A program made the position numbers and the translations under genes. The notes beneath the pieces were generated by a model. The model did no database searches. It worked only from the letters and a program-made list of their open reading frames with translations, and was not told the DNA's origin. A stretch of DNA of 62,821 nt, taken from NCBI GenBank assembly GCA_013239625.1, contig MU054125.1:1-62821 (forward strand), written 5' to 3'. Shown here piece after piece: positions 1 through 11,959 of this stretch (position 1 is its first letter; each line of letters opens with the position of its first letter). Origin of the DNA: Lama guanicoe (lineage: Eukaryota).

Positions 1-745
1 CAGCCTCCTTCCTGGAGGCCTGCGCGGTTCGGTCAGGGAGCAGCAGGGAAGACCGCAGTGGCGGCAGCTGAGGCGGCGTCGGCGGGGGTGGCCGGAGAAG
101 AGGGCACTGCCCTGGGCCAGCCTATGGCTTTGCTCCCATCTCCCGTGTGGGCTGGCCTGGGGACGGCCTCTGCTATCTCAGGTTTGGGGGATTTAAGTTT
201 ACTTGTTAGCCAGGTCTTGGGATGGTGTCGCGGTCAGGTGAGTTGACAGGTCCGTCTTGGATAGGAAACTGACTTGGGTGAGCAGATCAGTTTACTCCCT
301 TGTCCCCAAAGCCTGGCCTGAAGGCGGCCTGACGTGCCCTAGGTTGATAGTATGTGTGTTTGCAGGGCCGACGGCCCCCTGGTGGCGGGGTCGGTAAGGT
401 CAGTAGCTGCAGTGAAGAGGTGGGGCTGCGCAACCCAGCCCCTGTATTTGCCTCCATCACCTCTTTGGCCGGGTCTGAGGTTGGCCTCTGCTACCCCAGG
501 GTCCTGAAGTGCACATCTGTGTTTAGGCTGGCTCCCTGGAGGCCAGCGAGGTGTGGTTAGGGGGCGGGTTCGGTGGAGGATGCAATGATGGCTGCAGAGA
601 GGTAGGCAGTAGGGGGCCGGGGCTACCCAGGCAAGCCTGTGGATTTCCTCTTGAGACCCCTCAGCCTGCTCAAGCGCGCACTCTGCTGCCTTAGGGTGGC
701 AGTTGGCATCCGTCCAGGTCATTCGAGTCCTGGGAAACTTCGTTC
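1..745. repeat. GC-rich satellite/macrosatellite block 1 (diverged ~160-190 bp monomers)
   Basis: The core GG(C/T)CTG..G.GGCCTCTGCT..CC.AGG recurs at ~154, 315, 472 and 664 (spacing 161, 157, 192). A GGTCAGGG-like motif recurs in each unit. Confidence 0.75.
374..386 (-). promoter_or_regulatory. Candidate CTCF core motif in satellite monomer
   Basis: GCCCCCTGGTGGC on + reads GCCACCAGGGGGC on -, matching the CTCF core CCACCAGGGGGC. Motif match only. Confidence 0.4.
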
Positions 746-759
746 ATTAGGCAGAGAAA

Positions 760-1875
760 CAAGTAAATTGACAGACAGACACATTAGCCTCTTCCTCTGT
801 TTAGAAACAGACATATGTTCTAACCCCCTCTTCCATTAGATAGGTAGACAGATAGAGAGACAGACAGACAGACACACACTGGCCTGCTCCTACTCCTCAG
901 TTAGGTAGGTAAGTAGATAGACACACTAATCTCCTCCATTAGACAGATAGAGAGACAGACACACAATCTAGCCTCTTCCTTCTGTTAGAGAGACAGACAG
1001 ACCAGTCACACAGGCCTCCTCCTCCTTCTCCATTAGATATACATAAAGACAGACAAACAGACACACAGGTCTTCTCCTCCTCAGATAGGTAATGAGATGG
1101 ACAGACACTCTAACCTCCTCCTTCTTCTCGATTAGATATATAGATACATAGATATCTGATAGATAGACAGACATACTAGCCTCTTCCTCCTCCTCCATTA
1201 GATGCATACATAGAGAGACAGACACATTAGCTTCCTCCTCCATTAGATACAGATACATACATAGACAGACGCACATGCACACACACACACACTAGCCGTG
1301 TCCTCCTCAATTAGGTAGGTAGGTAGATAGACACACTAACCTACTCCTCCAACAGACAGACACATGAAAAGACACACTAGCTTGCTTGTATGCCTCCACT
1401 TGATAGATAGATAGCGACAGAGAGACTACACTCCTCCTACTACTACAATAGGTTAAATAGATAGACACACTACCCTGCTCCTCCGTTAGATAAACACATA
1501 GACAGACAGATGGACACACTAGTCTCCTCCTACTTCATTACATGCACATAGAGACAGAGAGACAGTCACCCTAGCCTCCTCCTCCTCCATTAGATTGAAA
1601 GTAGTGAGATGGACAGACAGGCAGACACACACATGCATACACACACACACACACTGCCCTCCTTCTCTTCATTTAGACAGATAGACACACTAGCTTCCGC
1701 CAATATTAGATACATAGACACACACACACTAGTCTCCTCTGCCTCCTCCATTAGACAGACAGACAGACAGACAGATAGGCAGAGAGATAGAGAGATAGAA
1801 AGACATATTAGCCTCCTCTTCCTTCATTAGATAGACAGACAGACACAGACATAGATTAGCCTCTCCCTTCCTCGA

Positions 1876-1927
<52 letters not shown>

Positions 1928-1955
1928 GCAGGCCGACAGATAGACAGACACACTA
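760..1955. repeat. Complex (GATA/GACA)-based minisatellite with a pure (GATA)n tract at ~1876-1926
   Basis: About 20 variable 45-70 bp units of the form ACACACTAGCCTC(CTC)nCATTAGAT(AGAT/AGAC)n. Confidence 0.9.
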
Positions 1956-2650
1956 GAGGCGGGGTGCGGTCAGGGGACGGGGTTGGTGGTGACTACCGGG
2001 GACTCGGGTGCCCCTGGCGAGCCAAAGGATTTTCTCCCATGCCCCAGCGGCCTGGCCTGGGGGCGGCCTCTGCTCCCCCACTTTCGCCAGACTCAAGCCT
2101 TTTAAGTCAGCCTGCTCCTGGGAGCGGGCGTGGTGCGGTCAGGGGAAGAGGTCAGTGGGGCGGCAATGTGGCTAAGGGGGCTGCCCTGGTGAGTTGGGAA
2201 TTTTCCTCCCATTTCCCCCTCTCCTGGCCTCGGAGCGGCCTCTGCTAACCCAGGTTTGCGGGATTAAATCTCCTTGTCAGCCAGGTCCTGGGACGCTGTT
2301 TAGGTTAGGTCAGGGGACAGGTACGTTGCGGGGAGTGGACTGCCTCGGGTGAGCCGGTCAATCTGCTCCCATGTCCACAACGGCCTGGCCTGAGGGCTGC
2401 CTGTCCTGCCCCAGGTTGACAGTATGCATGTTTCCAGGTCAGCCGCCCCCCCGGAGGTGGGCGCGGTGAGGTCAGGGGCTGCAGTGAGGAGGTGGGGCTG
2501 TCCCACCGTGCCGTGTATTTTCTCCCATCTCCCCCTTGGCCAGGTCTGGGGTCGGCCTTTGCTACCCCAGGTTCACGGGTTGCACATCTCCATGTCGACC
2601 ATCTCCCGGGAGGTGGGCCCGGTGTGGTCAGGGGGCGGGGGCGGCTGCAA
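1956..2650. repeat. GC-rich satellite block 2, a higher-order paralog of block 1
   Basis: Monomer cores at 2054, 2226, 2387 and 2543. The last three align to 154, 315 and 472 at a constant offset of ~2072. Confidence 0.75.
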
Positions 2651-4419
2651 ATCTATGTTGTCAAAGTGTCAAAGATTATCTTTTTAAATATTAATCATGA
2701 AATTCTTTGTTTTTTATTGTCCTTAAACAGTTGGTGACTGTAAAATGAGGGCCAGATCTAGCCTTTTGTTTGTTGTCTACTGTCTCAGGGGCAAGTGCTG
2801 TTCTGTGTTGTGTCCGTGTGACCAGCGCAGTCACTGGGTGTGACAGCATTCTCCACACTGGGACCCTTGCCTCTGCACAGTGGGATTTGACACTTCTCAT
2901 GGTGTAATGTTGGAAAAAAATATGAAGGTTTTTACTTGTAGTAAGATGCAAAATAATTGCACAGTATCTTCTCTTTTCAATATAAAAGGCAGAGAAGTCA
3001 GCCCTTTACTTTTCTCTCTGTGAAGTGCATGAATAAATTTAACATACATGTGCCTGGAATGATTTTTAATATCCGTTGGGTTAGTGACTCAAATTAGTAG
3101 AAACATACCTTCCTCCTGCTCTGTCGTCTAAGCAGCCGTGATGCCTCTCTGTGTTCCATTTCTGATTTCTGACTTTTAGGTCATTTGCTTTTCTGCATGT
3201 TTGCTCTGCTGTTGCTTTAAGCCAGAAGCCCTTCTTTCTGACACCTCTCAGCTGTTGCATTAGGTTGAGTGTTCAGTACTGCTGTGCTGTTTACCATTGG
3301 GATCATTTCCTTTATCCATACTAAGCGATAGTTACACCCACTGGTATTTCTGTAGAGGAGAAAAATCACTTTGTGCCTTTTTCCTTTCTTCATAAAATCA
3401 GTTCTCTCCTTCAGTCAGGCTACTCCGAGTCTAGAGACTGCAGCGGCGGCAGCTGAGGCGGCGTCGGCGGGGGTGGCGGGAGAAGAGGGCGCTGCCCTGG
3501 GCCAGCCTATGGCTTTGCTCCCATCTCCCGCGCGGCCTGGCCTGGGGGCGGCCTCTGCTGCCCCAGGTTCGTGGGTTGCACATCTCCATGTCGACCAGCT
3601 CCCGGGAGGTGGGCCCGGTGTGGTCAGGGGGCGGGGGCGACTGCAAATCTATGTTGTCAAAGATTATCTTTTTATATATTAATCATGAAATTCTTTGTTT
3701 TTTATTGTCCTTAAACAGTTGGTGACTGTAAAATGAGGGCCAGATCTAGCCTTTTGTTTGTTGTCTACTGTCTCAGGGCAAGTGCTGTTCTGTGTTGTGT
3801 CCGTGTGACTAGCGCAGTCACTGGGTGTGACAGCATTCTCCACACTGGGAGCCTTGCCTCTGCACAGTGGGATTTGACACTTCTCATGGTGCAATGTTGG
3901 AAAAAAATAGGAAGGGTTTTACTTGTAGTAAGATACAAAATAATTGCACAGTATCTTCTCTTTTCAATATAAAAGGCAGAGAAGTCAGCCCTTTACTTTT
4001 CTCTCTATGAAGTGCATGAATAAATTCAACATACATGTGCCTGGAATGATTTTTAATATCCGTTGGGTTAGTGACTCAAATTAGTAGAAACATACCTTCC
4101 TCCTGCTCTGTCGTCTAAGCAGCCGTGATGCGTCTCTGTGTTCCATTTCTGATTTCTGACTTTTAGGTCATTTGCTTTTCTGCATGTTTGCTCTGCTGTT
4201 GCTTTAAGCCAGAAGCCCTTCTTTCTGACACCTCTCAGCTGTTGCATTAGGTTGAGTGTTCAGTACTGCTGTGCTGTTTACCATTGGGATCATTTCCTTT
4301 ATCCATACTAAGCGATAGTTACACCTCCTGGTATTTCTGTAGAGGAGAAAAATCACTTTGTGCCTTTTTCCTTTCTTCATAAAATCAGTTCTCTCCTTCA
4401 GTCAGGCTACTCCGAGTCT
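2565..4419 (+). repeat. ~990 bp direct tandem duplication (2565-3432 and 3561-4419) spanning the satellite/unique junction
   Basis: The copies are near-identical and both end in GGCTACTCCGAGTCT. Copy 1 has an extra 8-bp TGTCAAAG duplication. The spacer 3433-3560 matches 50-175. Confidence 0.95.
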
Positions 4420-4586
4420 GATCGATGGTTTAGGGGCAGGGAAGCTCTGTTCCCTCAAGTCCTGCTGAATATCCCTGCCACTTAATTAGTGATTCTGCTC
4501 TGATGATATTCCCTACTTTTTTGTTTTTAGTTTATTTAAGCAACTCTATTCCTTTTTGGGCATGCTTCAAATAGCAGTGGTGACCT

Positions 4587-5122
4587 TGTTAATGAGTCCA
4601 AACTTAGTCTGCTCACCACACAACAGGTCAATAAATCAGGAGACAAAGTGTTGGGGCAAGGAATAGCGACTTTATTCAGAAAGCTGGCAGACCGAGAGGA
4701 TGGCCAACTAATGTCTTGAACCATCCTGCTCCAGTCAGAGTACAGTCTCCTTTTACACACACACACACACATACACAACCAGAGGTGGCGTTGTGGTTGG
4801 TAGGTGCAAACTTCTTGCTGCAGGAATTCTTTGTTCCTGCAGCTGTCCATGTGTGTCGGGCCATGGTGTCCCTGTAAACCTCCAACAAAACAAAGGTTAT
4901 TTTCTATTTTGCAGCTTGCCATCTCTATGTAAGTGTAGAAGTGCTGACATCCTTAAAGGTCAGAGCCCTGAGAATTGGCTCTACTGTGTATTTCAGGCTA
5001 AAGGCAACATTGTTTCACAAAATGTGCAGAGCTGGCAAGACTGAGCCTAGAAGACAGGGCACAGGGTTAAAGCCACAGGAACAGAGCTAATAATGGTGTC
5101 AGATTTGTTCTCCTCTATTACA
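4587..5122 (-). mobile_element. Solo ERV1-class LTR (MER41-like)
   Basis: Termini TG...CA with 4-bp TSD ACCT (4583-4586 and 5123-5126). AATAAA on - at ~4671-4676. The minus-strand start TGTAATAGAGGAGAACAAATCTGAC resembles laurasiatherian MER41 (recall). Confidence 0.8.
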
Positions 5123-5539
5123 ACCTGAAGCATTAGTTAGAAAGATAGCCCGTTGTAAGGCATTCTTACATAGTCATATGTAGGACTTGGCTACTTCTTA
5201 CATTTAGAGTTGAAAATTGTCCCTCAGAATTTTATACTACACAACTTACAGATTATATAGAGGAAGAGGAGACTGTATGTACTATTTTCTTTTTAGGTAT
5301 TAATCACTTAGTCATGGGTATAAAGAGAAAAGGAGACTGGTCACTTTGTTTTTCTCCTTTTTTTTCCACTGTTCTATGACACTTTTATTCTTTTCTCCAA
5401 CTTTGAAAATTCCACTGTTAGTAATGAAAGTTACAAAATGAGTTAAGAAAATACTTATCAAAATCTTAGATCATTATTGCCATTAGATCCTTTGAATTCT
5501 TTCTTCCACAGTTTATTTCTTGGTGGGAAGAGGAGGAGT

Positions 5540-6070
5540 TTAATAGGAAAGGACGAGTGAACAGTGACATCAGGTTTTCTATTGTGGATGACTGGGTGAG
5601 TAATCATGCCACAGACAAAACAGCAGATCCTGGGAGTAGAACTGGTTTTGTTGGGGAATATAATTAATTCATTTGAGGTTGTGTTAGATGTGATTTATAT
5701 ATAGACCAGTCTGAATGTCTATTTGGGAGTTTAATATTCAGAAAAGAATTAAGGACAAAAGACATAGATCTGCAAATCACATGCATATGGGTAATAATTA
5801 AGCAAAGGATCTTGATGAAATTATCCAGCTCTTCCCCCCTAAAAAGAGAGGTTTTTAAAAGAGGGCTAAAGATGGAGTCCTGAGGTGAGCAATGTACCAT
5901 AAAAGATGGAGAAGTATCCATCAGAGTGGTGGGGAGAGGAGGGCGCTTATGGGAGAAACAGTTCCGAGGGAAGGGGCCGTGTCAGATGTCTCACAGAGTG
6001 AAGAACATTATAACAGTGGAAGAAATTTAAAGGCTGGATTTGGCCACTAGGAAATTACTTTTTTTGTTAC
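5540..6070 (-). mobile_element. L2 LINE fragment (ancient)
   Basis: Degenerate purine-rich sequence resembling antisense L2; boundaries approximate. Confidence 0.5.
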
Positions 6071-6552
6071 AGCAGCTTTAGCAGGATATTGGAACACATA
6101 TTGGATGGCAACGCTTAGAGTGAACGTCAGTGGAAGAAACACAGAAGATGAGATGCTTAGTGGGATTGGGAGGCAGAGAGAGAGAGAAAGAGAGGCAGAG
6201 GAGAGACAGAATCCTTGCAAAATAATGTGACTCTGAGAAATTCAGGAGTAGTTTTATCCAGTGCAAAGACTGATTATGGATGGTGGGAAGAGACAGTAAC
6301 TAGTGGAGTGAGAGCTTACAACGACCACGTCAGGACACGTGTCCGCCTGCTGACAGGGGTTAGCGCCTGCTGTGATTTCATGCTGGTGGGCTGTGCCACG
6401 TGCTGCCGAGGTGTGTGTTTCACTCTGTCTTTATCTCATCATATTGTCCCACAGCCTTGTTCACCATTTCTGGTGGGCTAAGAGATGACATTAGTGTTTT
6501 ATATTTTCGTGTATTTGTGTGGTCATGCTAGAGATGACATTTATCTCAACAG

Positions 6553-6739
6553 ATGTTTCTTACAGACAGAGCAGCAGTGACATTGAAGCTCTACATCAGG
6601 ATTTTGTCATGCAGCCCTTTCTTTGGAAGATGCAGATGAACAAGGAACTGAGAGTGATGCAGGGGGACATACCAAGAGCTCAGCAAAAGGTAATCCTCAG
6701 GAAGGAGGTCCTCTAAAAACATCTCCACTACGGAATCTG
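6553..6739 (+). pseudogene. CEP162: CEP162 (KIAA1009) exon copy in an unprocessed duplicated fragment, with two frameshifts
   Basis: Flanked by cag| and |gtaaaag. Reads DVSYRQSSSDIEALHQD / CHAALSLEDADEQGTESDAGGHTKSSAKGNPQEGG / SKNISTTES across frame changes at ~6603 and ~6710. Recalled CEP162: VSYGQSSSDVEALHQAYCHIAHSLGDEDKQKIESNTVEDIKSSVKGHPQENEENSKNISTMES. Confidence 0.85.
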
Positions 6740-7047
6740 GTAAAAGCATCTTCATGTGAGACCCTCTCTGAATAGTTTGCAGTGTGGCGTAATTTAAATG
6801 CAATTTACTGTGGGGATTGTTTCTCAATCTGTTATTTATAGGGTTTGTTTAAATGGAATCTGGGAATCATTGGCTTAAATATAAAGTTAGAGCTGAACAT
6901 AGGATAAAATTTTAGTTCCCCTATAATATGTCTTCCCAAATTAAGAAATCACTTAGTATTTTCGCATTATTTATGCTTTTCCCTGAACATATGCTAAAGT
7001 TATTTTTTAAATAGAGACGGTATTTGGGATCATCTAAATACATATTT

Positions 7048-7112
7048 TGTGTGTGTGTGTGTGTGTGTGTGGGTGCGCGTGTGTGTGTGGGTGCGCGTGT
7101 GCGTGTGTGTGT
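7048..7112. repeat. (GT)n/(GC) compound microsatellite
   Basis: Directly visible. Confidence 0.9.
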
Positions 7113-7360
7113 ACACCCATACTCGTATATTTGATGTATGTAGAGGGGACGGAGAGAAAATGTATAGACATATAGTTCAAATGTAAATACCTAAGAAGAT
7201 CTTGTACAAGCAGGTTTACAGTGGGAAGCTGGGGTGATTATATGTGCCATTTTGTTACCTGTGTCAATCTGAGACAGTTTCATTTTGGTGGTATTAGACA
7301 TTAAATTAAGCAATTTACATAACATTTTTGGTTGCTGTTTTAGCTTTCCTCCCCTCTTGG

Positions 7361-7442
7361 ATCTGCCCACGGCAGAGGAGCTGATGAAACCTGTCAGAAT
7401 AGATTCCTTTGGGGCTGGTGGTTTTGATTTACAACTTGTCAG
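7361..7442 (+). pseudogene. CEP162: Next CEP162 exon copy (82 nt) with the acceptor mutated AG to GG
   Basis: Translates DLPTAEELMKPVRIDSFGAGGFDLQLV versus recalled DLPTVEELMKPIRIDSFGISGFDLQPV. Preceded by ctcttgg rather than ag; the donor gtatgag is intact. Confidence 0.9.
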
Positions 7443-8139
7443 GTATGAGCTTTTTGGAATGGACTGTGCAGGGTGTTTGTTTATTTCTTTATTGTTTTGT
7501 CACTGGGAACTTTTGGCATCATTTGTTCTGTGTAGCCATCCCTGGTGAACGATTAACGGGTAGCTAGTATGAGTTTACCTGTGAGACACTCCCCTCTTCC
7601 TTTAATATTAGTCTTTATCAACTGGTTTATCAAAATTCTTCTAGTGCTAAATTTTTTTTAAAAAAGATACTATTAAAAATATTAGTACCATTAAGTAGGT
7701 AATCTTAAAGCTTTTCACTGGAAAAATAAAATCTCATCAGCTTTAAATAGCTCAGGGACAGTAAATTCAAATGGTGAGAGAGAACATGAATTTTATTCTG
7801 TATGTGAGTCATCCATTTGCTTCTTTTTAAACCAGTTAGTTTTGCACTTAGTCACAGACCAGCCATCGTCTCCCAGGGTGAGTTCTTTGGTCACAAGAGA
7901 AACGGGCTTTGTGAAAACATTCCGGCTACAGTAGCTTTTAATGGAAGCTTGTGGGACCTTGCTGTCATTCACCAGCACAGAGTAGCATGTCACAATAACC
8001 TTGTCGCAGGACAAGTGTCACATCCATTGTCTCAAGAGATCCACATAATAAGTAGGTCAGGCATCTTTATCCCCGTCATTCAAGTGATGAAACTGAGGTG
8101 AATCAACTTAGTGGCAGGGCTCTCACAAGAACCAGATGA

Positions 8140-8360
8140 TGACAGCTAACATTTTTACCCCTCGCTTACTGTGGCTTGATATTATGCAAGGTTCTTTAAA
8201 TATTAGATTTCATTTAATCTTACAGCAGCCCCATGAGGTATATTCCATTATCACCTTTCATAGATAAGACACCTAGGTTTAAAGAGGTTAAATAAATTAT
8301 TCAAATCACATGGCCATAACCCAGCAATGCACATGGATTGTCAGGTCTTTGATCTCCTTG
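8140..8360 (-). mobile_element. MIR SINE
   Basis: Degenerate antisense MIR core (gataagacacctaggtttaaagaggttaaataa). Confidence 0.55.
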
Positions 8361-8864
8361 AAATATTTCTGTGAAAAGCCTGTCATCCATTCTTGTATCA
8401 TTTGTTCATTTGTGTTTTCAACAGGCAGGTTTCTGAGCCTCTCCTTGAACCCCAAGCTCATCATAAAATCCGCCTGCAGTGATTCCCTGCCCTTGTTTGT
8501 GCTGTGTGTGCTAGCTGAGAGAAAGGGACGAGCTGCAGCTCACTGAGCCCCGCCTGCCTGACCACGAGCCTCGCGCTCTCTCCTGGTCTGCGGTGCTGGG
8601 GAGGGTTTCACGGGGCTGAGTGGGCTCCCTTGTCACTGCTGCTTGGGGCTACACTTGGGTCACTGAAGGGATTTTTCTACACATCTTGTGTCTTTGTTGG
8701 CATAGCTGACACCATTTTAGTAATGTGAGTTCTAAATAGAGTTGTTTACATTCATATTTAAAAGCTGAAACAAGTATACTTACATTAAAGGCATAACAAT
8801 AATTATAGGAATGTCAGTAGTAGAAAGTTAAGTATGCATATCCAAAACCTCTTTAGTAAACCAT

Positions 8865-10330
8865 AGGGTAAGTAACCCTAGCTGCTGTAACAATCCTTCA
8901 ACTTTTAGTAGTTTCACATCATCAGCAATTTCTGTCTTGCTCACATCCTAATTCTGTGTGTCTCAGTGGAGTTGGGGGTGGGACTCTGCTCCACAAAGTC
9001 ACTAGGGACCCAGGCGGCTTTCTGTCATCAACACATGGCTTGATATCAGTTGATAAGGAAAGGAAATAGATGGTTATCATGCTTCCTTTTAACAGCCGAA
9101 TCACAGGTGTGGTACCTCCCTTCAGCCCACAGTGTGTGAATAAGAACCAGCACATCCAGCTCAACTAGGTCCAAGAGGGCTAGGAGGTGTGGTTTGCTCG
9201 CATGCCCAGAAAGAAAAGTAAACGCATTTGGTAGGCATCTAGCCAGTCTCTGCCAGAATCTCCCCTTCTAACAGCCAGATATCCTTTCCACTCTTCCTCG
9301 AACAGAGACCTGCTCAGTCCCTCCCCAAAGCAAACAGCCCAGAGTCCTGTTCAGAATGGTATCCACCTGAAAGGCCAGGATTTCCAGGTGAAGCACAAGT
9401 CTTTTTGTCAGGCTTCAGTGTAGCTCCTCATTGTCTACTAATCCGTGAATTGAAAGACGTTACCTCCTTACCTCACCCCAGTATGATGGTGAATCTGTAA
9501 GACTACTCCTGTTCAGAAAGGAAAAGAATGAGGAAACTGTAGCAATCAGTAGTGCAGCTTGGAGAGCCACTGAATGCCCTTATGAAGACCCCCTACCTTC
9601 AAGTTGGGCATTTTCCTTAATTAGGCCATTATTCTGACCTTAAGGAGGAACTGCTTTATAAATATATTGTTCCGTGGAGCTCCTGGTTCCAGTGGTCTTG
9701 TGTCTCTTCACCGTTGGCTTCAACTGATGTGGGTTTCGGGGGAGGGGATGCCCATCTTTGAGGATGCACTCTTTTCTCCACCCGCTTTCTGCCTGCAGGT
9801 AGGTGGTTCTAAGGCTGCCAGACAAGTCTCTAGCCTTTTTTTTTTTTTTAAAGTAGAGCTGTGGTTTCTTTGTCATCTTTGTCATTACAGTTCCTTCAAA
9901 AAGTTTTTTAGGATTCTGATCTATTTGGTTCCAGTTAGTCCATGTGCCAGTAACTACAATTACAGAGCATTAGGTTTTGGTTTTTTTTCTTTTCTCAGTT
10001 TAATTGCAGCTGTCTGGTTATTATGAGGAGCAATAATTTTAAGTTTGAAGATGACACCTCTAATGTGATGTTTGCTGAGGGACTGAGTCACTCTTTTCAA
10101 CCAAGAATTCTCATGAAATCTTGCTGCTTCATAGCATTTTTCAGTGCCACCCACTGAAACTATTTAAGCATCACGTAATTGATAACATACTAGACATCTC
10201 CACTTTGAGCCTTAACATGAGCAGGGTCCTCTCAGAGACCCTTTGTCCCCACCACTTCTGTCTCCTGGGTTGCAGGACCCTGGTGGGACACCGAGTAGTG
10301 GATTTTTTTTTTATCTTTTGCTCATCTCCT
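8865..10330 (-). mobile_element. MaLR (MLT1-type) LTR plus internal sequence
   Basis: An LTR-like stretch from ctagctgctgtaaca to agccagtctctgccaga (~9256), followed by MLT-int-like sequence. Family from recall. Confidence 0.5.
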
Positions 10331-10359
10331 TTCTCCCTACCCTTTTAAAAAATTCCTAT

Positions 10360-10565
10360 TATCTTTTCTTTTCAAGTTGAACTATAGTTGGTTTACAAGG
10401 TCTTAATTTCTGGTGTACGGCTTAGTGATTCAGTTACACATACATATATACATGTTCCTATTCATATTCTTTTTCATTATAGGCTGTTACAAGGGATCGA
10501 ATGCAGTTCCCTGTGGTGTGCAGTAGGACCTTGTTGTTTATCTCTGTTATATGTAGTAGTTAGTA
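10360..10565 (-). mobile_element. L1 3' end (cetartiodactyl-type)
   Basis: T-rich start and the diagnostic cagttccctgtg..cagtaggaccttgttgtttatc. Confidence 0.8.
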
Positions 10566-11959
10566 AGTTTCTTTGTACCACCTCATTTTTTCTCTTCCGA
10601 GTTTCTTCTCCCTTGCAAATTGCATTCTTTCCACGTAAACTTCTGTACGTTTAGAACTTCCTGTTTGGTTTCCGCTGCTCTCATAAAGAGGAGGAATAGA
10701 AAACACTTCACACGTCTAGCAAATCAATAGTATTTTAATAGCCAGGGCCTCTCTGAGTGTCTGCACAGCAGCAGATAGGCCACTAGCTGCCGCCTCTGCT
10801 CACTGCCCCGCACTTCCCAATTTGGTGGTTTAGGTACTTTTCTACTTAGGTGGATGATGCCATTTTTGCCAAATTCAGCACGATCATTGGACAATTTCTT
10901 GGAGCCCAAAGCCAGCTCCACTGCACTTCTGCTTGGTGAGGCTTGGTGGCCTTGGCATGGGGCAGGAGTTGTTGATTCATTGGGCCTTAAAATGATGATA
11001 AATCTGGAAGTTGGGCACTAGGACTAGGCTGCCTGCATAGAGCCGTTGCGGGGTGTGGGTGGCCCCAACACTTATGGGAAATCTACAAAAAGGGTGCTCC
11101 GTAAACTCACATTGGGAGAGGCTCCGGAAGAATGCGGGGCAGCAGGAATGCTGAGGTCCGTGTGAGCTGGCTTCAGCAAGACCTCTGAACACTAGACACA
11201 GAACCCGGCAACCTGCAGAGTGCTTCTGCTTCTCAAGACACCCATTTCCTGCTTATCCTTTCATCCTAAAGGTCTAATGTGTTGCATCGTCAGCGTTTTT
11301 TGAGACGATTCACCCCCCACAAGACCGTGGCAGAGCCCTTCTGCGGCGATGCACTCCGTCAGTCTGATTGTGCAGGTTCCATTCTTGCATCTTTGTGCAA
11401 TCCTGCATCTATATATTTTTTCAATGATAATAAGATTTTAATTGTAATTTCACCTCCCTTCAGCAGGCTATAAAATGCTCCAAGAGGGCTACCAAAGGCA
11501 GCTTTGACACATCTTCCACAGACAGTTGTCTTAGAATAGATGAGCCCAAGTTTCAAATGAAGATTCCAGGGTCAGGAGAGCCTCCCACCTGCGACGGGCT
11601 GATTTTTGTCTGAGACAGAAGATCAAGGAATCTAGGAGGGAGCTTTTCAGTTCAGCCACACTTCTTTTGGCCGGTTCCCTCAAAGACTGTGTGGTGTGTT
11701 CCACACAAAAAATATAACAGTCTAGTGATAATAACCATTTTCTGTGTAACATCTTTTTTTAATTAAAGAAGTTATATACTTATAATAGATGATATTTAAG
11801 TTGGAGTGTGGTCACAGTAAATCTCCAGACCTACACAGGCATATTTGGATTTGAGATAATGGTGTCTTGTCTGTTATCCCTTAACTAAGATAAACCCAGG
11901 TCCCAGCTAGAATGTACATCCGTTAAGGCATCTTAAAAACAAACAAACAAACAAAAAAA

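Noticed and set aside
760..1955. Repeat-spacer (CRISPR-like) appearance, and the ORFs called across it
   Set aside because: Mammalian context with no cas genes. The 'spacers' are GATA/GACA microsatellite, and the ORFs are low-complexity artefacts.
6519..6716. 65-aa ORF as a novel gene
   Set aside because: It is the frameshifted read-through of a CEP162 exon copy.
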